Shown here piece after piece: positions 27,835 through 40,815 of a DNA stretch of 64,000 nt. Source of the DNA: Octopus vulgaris (Eukaryota); the NCBI GenBank assembly GCA_951406725.2, contig OX597828.1, forward strand, positions 31,682,001 to 31,746,000. Reading direction: 5' to 3'. The translations under genes were made by a program, and so were the position numbers. Position 1 is the first letter of the stretch. Every line of letters begins with the position of its first letter. The notes under the pieces were generated by a model. The model searched no databases and was not told where the DNA came from. It worked only from the letters and a program-made list of their open reading frames with translations.

Positions 27835-29530
27835 CTATTATAGGTTTGGGCCATTTTTGGCCCAGGCCATGTCTAACTTAATAGTACCACCTGGTGAAGT
27901 CTTTCAAGTCAGAATTTGGGCACTATGGCCCACTCAAGTAGTGAGTTATTGTTTACAGAGACATATCCGGGTGTAGGAGGTTTATCCGGGATTACTTGAT
28001 GGAAACTGTCCAAACACTTCTTGAACATTATAGGGTGTGTTTCTGTTTTAATGTGTTTTTGTGTAATGTTAAAGAGAGTTGGGCCAATTGAGGTGAAATA
28101 ATTGTGCCGTATTGTTGTTATATGATGAGAGTGCGATTTCTGTTGTGTGCGGATGGCACGGGGCCCAAGCCTTGGATGTACCTTAAAGGTGATGCCAACA
28201 TCATTTGGGCAATGCTGATGGAATATTTTCCACATCATGCAGATGATGTAGCGTTCACGGCGACGTTGGGGAGAATAAAGTTTTATCTTTTTTCTAGTCG
28301 ACCCCAATAGTCGAGACCTGTCTTGCCATCTATCTTTTTTGTGATTGACCTTTGAGGTGCTTCATCTTTTATGATACTTTGTTTTGTGTGGGGAGACCAC
28401 AGTGGACAACAGTATTCAAGGTGGGGTCGGGCAAAAGTGGAGAAGAGAAGGATGATGGTGTGGATATCTCTCGACTGGATAGTTGAGAATCCAGGAACAC
28501 ATTCTGCGGGCCATGTCAACTTTGGTGTTTATATGAGTGGCCCAGCTTATGCTGTTGTCCACAATTACTCCCAAGTCTCTGATGTTGTTGGATGCCACGC
28601 GAGTTTCACCTTAAAGAAGGGAGTATGGAAGTTTTAGGGCATCCTCTTTTCCAAAGTGGATTAACTCGAATTTATCCTCGTTCAGCAGCATATTGTTCTT
28701 TTCTGCCCATTGGATAACAGCCAGTAGATCTTACTGAAGGCATGTCCGGTCACTCGCCTCAATTATGACCTTCTGGAGCTTGGAATCATCTGCAAAGATT
28801 TTTATGTTACTGTGTTTGATGATGTCATTAAAGTCATTAATGTAGACGATGAAAAGAAGTGGGCCCAGCACAGTGCCCTGCGGAACGCCACTACTGACTT
28901 TGGCTGGGGTTGATTTTACTCCTTGAGATCTGTCTGTCAGGAAACACTTGATCCATTTCAGTAACGTTCCAGAGACACCAATGTTGGATAGTTTTTTCAA
29001 TAGGATCTTGTGATCAACCCTGTCGAAGGCCTTCCTGAAATCAAGGTAGATGACATCGGTGTTGGAGCCCTCACCCAAAGCTCTCAAAATATCATCAAAG
29101 TGATGCAGGAGCTGCGTTAGGCAGTCCCTTCCATTACGGAACCCATGTTGGTTAGAGATCAGCCGTCTGTTGCTTTCCAGAAATTGGATTATTCGAGATC
29201 TCACCACCCTCTCAAATACCTTGATGATATGACAGGTGAGTGAGATCGGACGGTAGTTCACTGCAAGGGACTTGTTTCCTTTTTTGAAAACTGTGACAAC
29301 AGACTGGGACAGAAAGTCTTTAGGAATATAGCCAGCATCCAGTGAGTTTCTCCACAGATTAGCAAGGGGAGATGCAAGTTGGTGTCGACACACCTTCAGG
29401 ACACAAGCAGGGAACCTATCGGGGCCTACTGCTGAATTCGGTTTTATTTCGTTTATCGCCGCTAAGACATCAGAGGCACCAAACGTTATGCCCGATATAG
29501 TGTGTTGGGGGTTGACATCACTGATACAGC
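27835..29530 (-). mobile_element. 5'-truncated CR1/L2-group (Crack/Daphne-like) LINE with RT pseudogene
   Basis: RT motifs GPDRFP, NYRPISLT, QHGFR, YLDFRKAFDRV, GVPQGTVLGPLLF and FADD. C-terminal DLGVIVD, RPHLEYCCPLWSP, LYSPQRRRERY, GPTLFN and NSLLEW. Stop at 28731 plus frameshifts. The 3' end abuts (TA)n. Confidence 0.92.
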
Positions 29531-30256
29531 CCAGTATATATACATACACCCATATACGCATATGTATGTTTGAATATATATACTCATATACGCATTTATA
29601 TATGTGCATATATGTATATATATACACATACTCATATATGCATAGGTATGTTTGTATAAATAAATAAATTAATATATATGTGTGTGTATGCGTGTGGGAT
29701 GAGACGGTTGAACATTATGCATGTATCCTGTTCCTTTACCAGGTATTGATCGCTGTAGGGATATAGGAGAATACATTTCATTTCGGAGCAGTCCACTGAG
29801 ACTGAACGTAAAACCTTTCGGTTTCGTCCTCTTTGTGTTTAGCCCCTTGTGGGTGGTAAAGAAATAGGTTTCAATGCGAGCTGGAATGGAAGTACAATAA
29901 AAATTATATCAAGTTACTTCCTAAGAATAAGAGAAACACAGGAATACTATGATTTATGATCCGTGTGAATAGTTATATGTATATGCACGCGCACACACAC
30001 AACCATACACACACACGCACATGTATGTCAATATTTCACTGGAAGAAATATAAGCGAAAACCGTTTTACGTTATTCAAAAACGCAGACATAAATTGAAAT
30101 TTAACTGCAGAAGATGATGCTGTTGTTTGTTTTTTTGTTTTTTTGCTATAATTGCTTTGCAGATTTTAATGATTGAAATAAAGGGAATGTGTCTTAACGA
30201 AGCTGTGAATTTCCTCAAATTTCATTGCATGACTAACAGTACCTACTCTGGTGCGA

Positions 30257-30578
30257 GTGAAAGCGCGTGGCTTAGTGGTTAGGTATTGGTCGTGAGTTCG
30301 ATTCCAAGCGACGCGTTGTGTCCTTGAGCAAGACATCTTATTTCATGTTGCTCCAGTCCACTCAGCTGGCAAAAATGAGTTGTACCTGTATTTCAAAGGG
30401 CCGGCCTTGTCACACTGTGTGTCACACTGTGTGTCACGCTGAATCTCCCTGAGAACTACGTAAGGTGTACATGTGTCTGTGGAGTGCTCAGCCACTTGCA
30501 CGTTAATTTCACGAGCAGACTGTTCCGTTGATCGTATCAGCTGGGTCCCTCGTCGTCGTAACCGACGGAGTGCTCCTT
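30257..30578 (+). mobile_element. tRNA-derived SINE (family A) with TSD
   Basis: Highly similar to 10051-10383. 11-bp TSD ctctggtgcga at 30246-30256 and 30579-30589. Confidence 0.9.
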
Positions 30579-32129
30579 CTCTGGTGCGATAAAAACGATC
30601 GTTTTTATCCCCGTCATGTTCAGCCATTTCTTCGGTTCACGAATATTCCAAGAAATTTTTTACTGTAGATTGTTCCATCTGTATTTCAGAAACGGCTATG
30701 TATCTAAACCATGGGAGTGCGACCTTTCGCCCTATGTCATATCTGGAATCTCATAGCCTTTTTATAATACGAATAAAGAAAATATGATTGATATATTCCG
30801 TTGATTTTCGAAAGGACAAAGAGCAAGATTGTACAAGTAACGTAAAGTCTTATATTTAAGTACCTCAGTCACATGCTTGCCGGCCTGCGATTTATAGTTA
30901 TCAGTCACACACATTTTCATATTTGAGTATTACTTCGGAAGGTAAGGAATTTAGTGTATTGATTTCCGGGAATATTTTGAAAAATATCTGGGTATAGTGA
31001 CGTCATATTTTTCTGTAGAAGTTTCTTTAGGTGTTTCTTTAAACTCTCCATGATTTTCTTTTACACAAGGATTTATTCGGTTTCATGTTGCACATAACTA
31101 ATATTTTTCAGTAGACACACACACACATACACATTCACAAACACACAGAGTGTTAATCACTTTCGGTATGCAAATTAGGGAGACCTTCATAGAGTAAACA
31201 CTCCTGCATTTGTTGAGTATACAAATAGTTTGTTTCCTTGTTTCCCTGGAGGCTGAGAATTATGGACTACTCCGATGAGAAAACAATAAGGTTCAAAATC
31301 CGATTAAATTTGTTCATTTTTCTAGTGTGCGGAGAAATGGTTAAAATTTGCCCTGCTTATAATTATACCATAGTAGCTACATCGATATATAATAGATATA
31401 TTTATATAAGAATATATATATATATACCTACAAATACTCATATTTATAAATATACTTGTAAATAGACGCATATTTATACATATATATGCACGAGTGTATG
31501 CGTATGTCATCTATTATTTTAACAAATAGTAGAAGATGGAGATAGTGGTCTTCATTGACTACTACTGACTTTTAATTACTCTCGTCTATATATAAATACA
31601 CTCTACGTTGCTAGTGAGTGCAATCTACTTTGTTTGAAACCACTTGTGTGCACATATATGCATGTGCATGCTGTTTAGATGATTGGCTGTTTGTGCATAC
31701 ATGCCCTATCAATTTCACAGTACGTGGTTTTTCCTCTTCGTCTGTGTTCATATTGATTCAGACAACTTTCCATGAAGACCATGTGATTTCATTCTAGATT
31801 GATTTTAGTATTCAGAAGTTTCATTCACAGTATGGTGCATGCCTCTGTTTTTCGTATTATGTAATCTCCCTTAGAAAAATCAATAATTTGATTAGTTTCT
31901 TCAGTTCTTCAAATCTCTAACGTCATCTTAGGTACTATATTTATCAAGTGATAAGACACGTAGTCACGCATGACATTTAAACATGACCAAACCGAAAATC
32001 ATGTTTTTTAACCAAGGATTTTAATAAGAGCAGCCTAAATACTTTTTCGTCAACACACGATTTATTAATACACACGTTATTAATATTTTAGAATTTAATT
32101 GTATATATATAAATATAATTTTATTATAA

Positions 32130-32166
32130 GTATATATATATATGCATACATACATATATATATATG

Positions 32167-32224
<58 letters not shown>

Positions 32225-32400
32225 TTCATACAAATGTGCACATATATACTTATATATGTATATTTATATGTGTATATGCGCGTGTGTGTGCGTGTGTGCA
32301 TGTGTGTATGTGTATATATATATATACACATATATATATACACATATATATGTATACATATACATATATATAAATACATATACATACATACATACATATA

Positions 32401-32455
<55 letters not shown>
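32130..32455. repeat. Compound (TA)n/(TG)n microsatellite
   Basis: Direct observation. Confidence 0.95.
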
Positions 32456-32456
<1 letters not shown>

Positions 32457-34529
32457 GATGTGTATGCAGCGAATATTCTGCGTGCGCGTATGCATATGTA
32501 TAACCTTGTATATGTATGCACCTACGCATGAATTTCGGGATGGATGTATAAGTCTGAATAACATCAAGAAAAGAAATCATGATGGGCACATTGAATAAAC
32601 ATATATATTGTACACATACTTTAATGGAAGGTCTAATTTTGGGGATATCAATGACAATAATTTGATTGTGTTTCTTTCTGTTTCATTATATTTTTTTTTA
32701 ATACAGATCTATCATCATTGTTTGTAGCTTGAGAGAATTTAGAAAAATAATTCGAAAACAAATCTCAGAATGACATTTAATATTGGTTTGATATCAATAG
32801 GCACAGGTGGATTTAATTGATTTAATAGAGCATACAATACAATTGATTTGTCCATTATATAACGCTGATGAGTAAATGCCATGTTGATTTTTAACCTTTT
32901 ATCCTTTCACTAAATGGCTCTCGCTGGATAGTCTTATTTATTTCCTATTAAACTAACGAAATGAATATTATGTAGTTTCCATATTTACTGAATTTCTGTT
33001 TTTAAAAAAATGCTTCTCTTACGGTACACATATATTTTTTTTTTACAATAGATATAGATTCATATATATTATTCCCTTCCATTTGTTTTGCAGAAGCATT
33101 TGCTCGCAGAGTATTATGCTTCTCTTTAAAATATTCGGGAATTAGACTCCATTTGACTCCGACAATTCATTTCGAATTTCTATTACAGTGTTGTAAAGGA
33201 TCTAATAATTTCTTCCTCGCAAACATCTGCTTTATTTATGATCATGCATTATTAATTAAGGAAATATCATTCATGTCATGCTATTTCCATTAATTAAAAT
33301 AATTGTTAATACAACGCCAACAATATCTCCTTTTATATGGTTATATTAATACATTGAAATATGAAGAAACTGGTTTATTTCATTGTATACGTATTATTCC
33401 TATTGCTAAACTAGAATCATATATCACTATGATTTTCTGTTAACGATGTGTTTCATCGGATGAATATTATATGTTTACGGGACACGTTTCATTAAATATC
33501 TTCATAAACATACTCTTATTTGAGAACAACTGCTTCGAAATCGATACAAAATATTCATTTATATTATAACCTCGGCAGTATATAATAACAGAATTAGTTC
33601 TTTATTCTTCGTACATTTGGTGATTCCAGTTATATATGATCTGATTTGTGTTTTATTTACACCGTTTATGTTATTATGCATTTAAATATTCCAAGAGAAT
33701 TTCATTCATGATAGCTTTTCACATCATTAATTCTTTATCGGAGAGAAATTCACGTTTCACAGAATGAACAATGACTGATGCTATAGAAGATACTAGATGT
33801 TATAGTAATCCGTAGAAATGTTAATCTTCGTGAATCGGTAAGGTCCCGTTTCCTAATTCATATAACCTTTTGCCTATCATATATAAAAGTGTAATATAAA
33901 ACATGTCAAGTTGCCATAGTTCTACATATAGCGCTGAAATTTCCTTTTTCGAAGAGCTTTATATTCAAAATCGTTTGGCCAGTAGTCGTTGCAAGTTCCT
34001 TCATTTCCAAGAATTGCGATACTTCCTGAACATCGAATAACGATCTTCATGAAAATGAAGTGAGACGATAACACTACAGGGTTGTATGAACAGAATTACA
34101 GAATACTAACTTTAGCAGGTAGATATAATTGGACACAAGAAATGATAAAATAAACGTGTTAGCATTTATCTCAATGTAAGTTTATATCGAACAGCTGAAA
34201 ATTAATAAATGTAATGATATATCCCAAAATAGATAGTAGAAACATCTGCTGCAGTGTTGTCCTCTACCACAGGCTAATATACTGTTCAGTAATTCATTTC
34301 CTGATAGTGATGCAGATGAAAGAATTTTAGATCGGCTTTTTCGGTTTCTTTTTCTATTTGTGCGTGTGTGTGTGTTCGATGGGAGTGAAAGAGCCGTTTG
34401 AAGCACACCAGTTTTGTGTATAATTAGTGCTAAAAGTTTTCAAATCATATACTTCTCTTATATTTAAAAGAAGGTGAATTTCTAACAGTATTCGCGCCAC
34501 GTCTCCTGCGGAATTATTAATATGTGTGT

Positions 34530-34650
34530 AGGCTCGTCCCTGAGTCGTCCTTGTGTAGCCCTCATAATCATAAGATTGTGGTTTCGATTCCTGAAGCGGG
34601 CATTTTGTTTTGTTCTTGAGCAGGTTGCTCCAGTTCACTCAGTTGGCAAT
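34530..34650 (+). mobile_element. Decayed SINE head
   Basis: B-box-like gtttcgattcc followed by ttcttgagca..gttgctccagttcactcag. Confidence 0.55.
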
Positions 34651-35229
34651 TATAATTAACCGAACGGCACTCTGTCGTCCCGTCCCTGGGGAATATATAT
34701 GCCAACGCTATTGGCTCAAAAGGCGGGCCTTCTGAACCTATTGCACGGGAAGGATATCTGATTCTTGCTTTTTTTAAACAATTTACTTTACTTAGAAACG
34801 GTTATTATATATCAATGCAAGTAACCGTATTACATAGACTTTGTTGAAAAGTGCATTCGTTCTTAGCACAAGATGTTGAAACAGCTTACTCCTCGAAATC
34901 AAAAGTGTTGGTGTATAAAAAAAAGTGTTAGAAGTTCTGTGGGAGGCATAGTATAATAGTTTCCTATGAATTCAAATTTATGAAATAACGTGCAATGGTA
35001 TAGGTAATTCCAGTCATGGTATTGCTTTTGAAATATACCTGAAAATTTGTTTATAAATTATAGCATATGCAGCCTTGTAGCACACCCACTCAGACACACA
35101 CATACACACAGACACGCTCACACACTTATATAAATATATATTTAAACACTATGTCTGATGATATCCGTCGGATTCACAGCTCTAGGCAAACAGATGCTAA
35201 TTATTGATAACATCGATATAGAGGAAACT

Positions 35230-36170
35230 GATGTCTTTTAAGAAGTTATGTAACCCATCTCCCAGTTTTCTCTCTATACCGAGTCTCCTTAGTTTGTAAC
35301 ACATCCACCTGATAAAAGACTTTGCAATATCAAGAAAGAGTCACATCCACGTTTGAGCGATTCATTAGTTGTGTCTACACTGTTATTATGTTGCAAAATC
35401 TGTGTAACATTGCAAAAGCCCTGGATGGAACGCATGCTGATTATCAAGGATCGAGTCATTATCTTCGAGCAACGTGATCATTATTCAATGGCAATGCATT
35501 GTATGGTTTTGCTGACTTGAGAGGGGAGAGAGACAATGTGTTTGGGCTCATTACACCAACGGCTGGCATTACATCAGTTTCCTCTATATCAATGATATCA
35601 ATAATTGACATATGTTTACGTAGATCTGTGAAGCCGACGGAACTCATCAGTCATAGCTATTTGTAATCGTCTCAATGGATTTGTAAAACTATTCCTGTAG
35701 TGTACATTCGGTATTTCACTCATACACAGAGGAATGCAGGAGGTGAGTCATTTTCTTCGAGCAGTGGCCCTAACGTGTACCGCACTAAAGTAGACTCATT
35801 TGGAAATATACAGAATGCTTTAAGTTTTGTCTTTATATTTATGACATCGCTGGGTTCTTTCTCTGCCCTCTCCATTTTATAGGTGGGGTTGAGTTCATAC
35901 TCGGCGCCGAGACATGTTTGTTTCACATACGATCATTTGTATTCCTTTTGCGGTCCATTTTGACGCAGTGAGATATTGCAGGGTGCCTCATTCGAATCGT
36001 CCTAGCCCTTAAAGAGTACGTTTGCGAGGTCGAGCAGGGGTTCTGCATGCCTTTAGACTATTTCGTATTAGGGATGTTGAAGTCTCTTAGAGGAAGTGTG
36101 TAAAGGCTGTCATGAACCATCCTTAATATTTCTTCCACCGTTTTTCAGGCTCTCTTCGAATGAATCCTCA
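35230..36170 (-). mobile_element. Decayed CR1/L2-group LINE fragment (APE, linker and start of RT, internally deleted)
   Basis: Minus-strand fragments in order: RDFNIPN (APE GDFN motif), NIKTKLKAF..TLGPLLEEN, IDIEETDVMPAVGVMSPN, DNQHAFHPG, LDIAKSF, KLRRLGIERKLGDGLHNFLKD. These are collinear with the 27835-29530 element. Confidence 0.7.
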
Positions 36171-36272
36171 AGATTTTGAGCATGAATATGTGTGAGTGCT
36201 TGTGTGTATGCAACTGTGTATGTATGTATCTGTAAATATCTATGTATACACAAACACAAACACACACACACT

Positions 36273-36327
<55 letters not shown>

Positions 36328-36364
36328 ATGTGTGTGTGTGTATGTGTGTGTGTGTGCACGTGTG

Positions 36365-36597
36365 AGAACGCGCATGGCTCAGTGGCTAGAGCGTCGAGTT
36401 TAGGATAGTGAGGTAGTGAGTTCCATTCCCGTACCGGGCTGCGTTTTGTATTTTTGAGCAAGACAGTTTATTTCACGTTACTCCAGTTGATTAAGCAGTA
36501 GAAATAAGTTGGGACACCACTGGTGTCAAGCTGTATCGGCCTTTGCATTTCCCTTGGATAACATCAGTGGTGTGGAGAGAGGAGGCTGGTATGCATG
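36365..36597 (+). mobile_element. tRNA-derived SINE (family C), 3'-truncated
   Basis: tggctcagtgg A box and gagttccattccc B box. The body matches 38410-38737 on the opposite strand. Confidence 0.8.
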
Positions 36598-36874
36598 TGT
36601 AGAAGAAATATTACGTGTAGAAGTATTACTGTAGTGCTGTTAGCAAGGCACTTAAATCTTCACTCATTTTAAGAATGAACCTGAATGTAAAATTTCTCTG
36701 TATTTCATAAATGAATGTTCGTGCCAAACCAATGTCAGATTTTATAAATTGAATTCTGTCTTTATATTTTTGCGAAATTTCGTGTGATATAATCTATGTA
36801 GGAGTAATGGACAAAACAATATTTCAAAAAACCAGTTGGCGGGCATAGCACACATATATACATATATATATATA

Positions 36875-36933
<59 letters not shown>

Positions 36934-37740
36934 GAAAAAACTCGTTATAAGTATAAAGCTACCTCAATCAAGTATAAAAATATGTTAAAATCAAAATTGT
37001 ATTTATTACATGCGCACGTTTCAAAAGACAATACAAATATGTAAGGAAAAATTATAATAATGATTATAATTAAAGTTATGCATTGTCATTCTCATCAGTG
37101 GGAAACATTTACGAAGAACATCAAAAGGTTATCAACAAAATTCAGTAAGGAAATATAGATGGGGTAAAAGGGAAAAATTAAACCGGATATTTACAAACAA
37201 GTTGTTACAGGGGAAAATAATAAGAAGGAAGACATATCAATGTTTATATAAGTCTATTTGTGCAAAAATATATAACCATACATATATGTATGTATGAATG
37301 TGTACAGGCATCCATTTACAATTCCAAAAGTTTATGAAACCAATATATCTTTTACAGCACAGTATATGCATTTTCACGGCATTAAACCAGCTCACCTGGC
37401 ATTGTTATTGAATACAACTTTCCTACTTAGCAGATCATGCTACGTGCGATATTTGCTTGTTTCACAATTTGAAACGGGATTTGGATATATCACGATTCTG
37501 CTTTTCAGAATAGCTACAATAATCTGCAAAGTAGATTTGGGCCTCAGCAAATCAATATGTTGATATGGTTGATTCTTAAGACTTGCTGCAATTATACAAC
37601 ATGCATGTCAATGTGGTAAAGTACTAGCCCAAATGTATATTAGAATGCTACCATGTCCATATACGTGGATGAAAACGTGTAAATACCGATATATAGCTGC
37701 AAATGTGTATGAGTGATTGTGTATGTGAGTATATGTGTAC

Positions 37741-37793
<53 letters not shown>

Positions 37794-37961
37794 GAAAAGC
37801 TCACTAGAATGGGAGAAAGCGCTATTGATCTAAGTGATATGATATATATATAAAAAATGTAATATATAAATACATATCTGTAAATATAAACCATCCGATC
37901 TTTTGAGTACCTCATTTCTTCTAATATATATATATATATATATAGTGTATATGTGTATGCG

Positions 37962-38045
<84 letters not shown>

Positions 38046-38409
38046 AGATAGATAGATATTAGATATGTGTAAATATCTGTATGTATGTCTATAGGTATAT
38101 ATCATATAATATATCCTGGAATTGCCTAAGCTCCTTCTACATTGACTTCGAAGGCATGAATAATTAACTTGCAATAAATGTTTAATTAAGTGGGCAACGT
38201 GTTGATGTTTGAGGTCATTCCTTATTAACTTGGGAAACTTTGTGATGCAACTGCATTAAGATACACGTCATTTAAAATATATTTTCAACACAAAGTGATT
38301 ATTTCGTATTGCACTTGGAGTCGGGCGATCTATGTTATCTCGAGTGGTACACTATTTAGCGATGGAGTTGTGATAGGTTGTATGCGTGTAGCCATGATTT
38401 AAGATTGTA

Positions 38410-38737
38410 ATATGTAAACGGGTAAAGCAAAGACCCCTTGGTTCGTGAATGACTGTTGGATTGAAACTAGTTAATTCCCTTCAGAGTCACAAGTTCGAGA
38501 AAGGTTATCTATGGAAGACCAGCTGTCACCCATGTATACCAGCCTCCACTCTCCACGCTAACAATGTTATCCAAGAGAAAGGCAAAGGCCGATATAGCTT
38601 GGCATCAGTAATGTCGCAACTCATATCAACAGCTGCGTGAACTGGTGCAACGTGAAAGACACCGCGCAGCCCAGTCAGGGAATCGAAACCTATGATTGAG
38701 AGCCTGCGCTCTAATCACTGAGCCATGAACCTTCACT
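38410..38737 (-). mobile_element. tRNA-derived SINE (family C)
   Basis: Reverse complement has tggctcagtga / gtttcgattccc boxes and shares aagct.tatcggcctttgc.tttc.cttggataaca with 36365-36597. Confidence 0.8.
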
Positions 38738-39751
38738 TGCAATGTATATGGTGGCATAAATATATAAAAGCATATATTTCATTAAAAGTTGTGCACATGT
38801 TGTTGTCTAATAACGATATGTGCAAGTATAAAGGCAAATAGTATAAATTTTATGTAACGTTTATATAGTTGACTCTCAATTGTATTATAAGGATGCATAT
38901 GTACATATTTACAAATATATAGAATTTGCATAATGAGTGAAGCAAACGGTCTCTTTTCAATGTTGTTAGTCACATTACGCAGAAATTCCTATTATGTCGG
39001 AAACCATGTATATAAGTCAAAAGTATTTATCTGAACTTCTCTACTTTAATAATCGGATTAAAAAGATTCATGTAAATGAATGTAAATTAATAGTTTTGGG
39101 AAAATGAATTTCGTAAAGCTTGCAATTATCTTCACTTTTGTTTCTGAGCTGAAAAAAAAACACCACTCTACTTTCTACTAAGATGCAAATTTTAACTAAT
39201 TGTAAACATTTTGAGTTATTCAGTACAAAAATAGTGAAGTACACAAATACGTACGTCTTCCTGATATAGAGTTTTGCTAACATGGAATATCATTTTACAT
39301 AGATCAATGTCGGTTATATTATATGACAAAATACTCTGCTTCGTGCGTCTTTGAAGTTTATATATATTGCCATTCGAGTATACATTGTACAAATGTTAAC
39401 ACTACACATTCGATGAAGCATTCTCATATTTACGAGAAAAGCTTCCAAATATACGAAGCAAATTTGCTAATACATCATCCAAATGTTTGGAACGAAAGTG
39501 TTCGTGCAGATATGGCTTAGTTTTTGATACGTCAAAAGGCCCAAGAATTATGGGTGGCCGTATATTTGCGAAATATATTAAATTAAATCAGACTAACACG
39601 TAGCATAGAGTGTAATAGTTTCTAACTCCTTTAACTTCTTTTAGATGTCGCTTCGAGACTGAAGTACTATAATTCATAATTACCAAATTTATCATATGTA
39701 TTCACGTTGATGCCTTCTCCGTTTATGTATAAATACACCACCATTGACATA

Positions 39752-39902
39752 TAGGCGCAGGCATGACTGGCTAGCTGATAAGAAGCTTACTTTCCAGCCA
39801 CATGGCTCCGGGTTCAGTCCCACTGCATGGAATCATGGGCAGGTGGCTTCTAATATAGGCTCAGTCCGACCAAATCCGAGTGGGTGGATATGTTAGGCTG
39901 CC

Positions 39903-39947
<45 letters not shown>

Positions 39948-40815
39948 ACGAATGCTGTCGTTGATTAGCTCCAAGATGCCATCGCGTCTAGCTAGCTATG
40001 TGACACACAAATCTGTATCCATTATAACCTTCGAACAGGGGAGTTCAGCAGCTTCCCCATGTTGGTCTGGCGTCCAAAGATTAGTTTCGAGGTTGTTGCC
40101 TCTTATCACTGTGGATAGTTATCGTCAAGCTAGCATGGCAGGATTCGGCCTATTTATCTAGAGTACCATGTTAGTTTGTGATAACCTATTAATATCCAGT
40201 GCCACTGCCGTTGTCTCCTTTAGAGGGAATTAGAAATAATGATATTTCTATTTTTGAAAACCGGCTGAATTTAAATAAATAATCTTTCGAACAGACGGTC
40301 AGTAGCGACGCCTGTTGGATTCGGCTGCTTCACATTAATAAGAAGCAAACAACGCGAAACTAGTCTGTGAGTGCCAGACCAGCAAGGAGAAGCTACCGAC
40401 CTCTCCAGTTCGAATGTTATAATGGACAAAGGTTTGTGTGCTGCCACATAGCTAGCTAGAGGCGATGACTGCTTGGAGCTAATCAACGGCAGCATTCGTC
40501 CTGTTTATCTGAACTGCCATGTCAGCTTGGTGATAACAATTAATATCCAGTACCTCTGCCGTAGTCTCCTTTAGAAAGAATTAGAAATAACGATATTTGT
40601 ATATGTGTGTGTGTGTGTGTGTGCGTGCGTGCGTGTGTGTATGTGTGTATTTGTATATGTTTGTGTGTCTGTGTTTGTTCTCCCCACCATCGCTTGATAA
40701 CTTTGCGGTTCAGCAAAATGACCTATAGAATAAGTCCTGCGGTCAATTAGTTCGACGAATGGCTGTGCTCCAGCATGGCCACAGCAAAATGACTGAAACA
40801 AGTAAAAGAATAAAA
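39752..40815 (+). mobile_element. SINE family B split by an insertion (head 39752-39905, tail ~40600-40815)
   Basis: Head and tail each match 48234-48640. The interruption falls at the SINE's internal TA tract. Confidence 0.75.
39946..40598. mobile_element. Rearranged PLE/retrozyme-like insert with inverted and direct repeats and two decayed hammerheads
   Basis: 39946-40150 is an inverted homolog of ~40300-40502, and 40151-40247 is a direct homolog of 40502-40598. Hammerhead-like motifs lie at 40073-40115 (-) and 40330-40370 (+). Confidence 0.7.
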
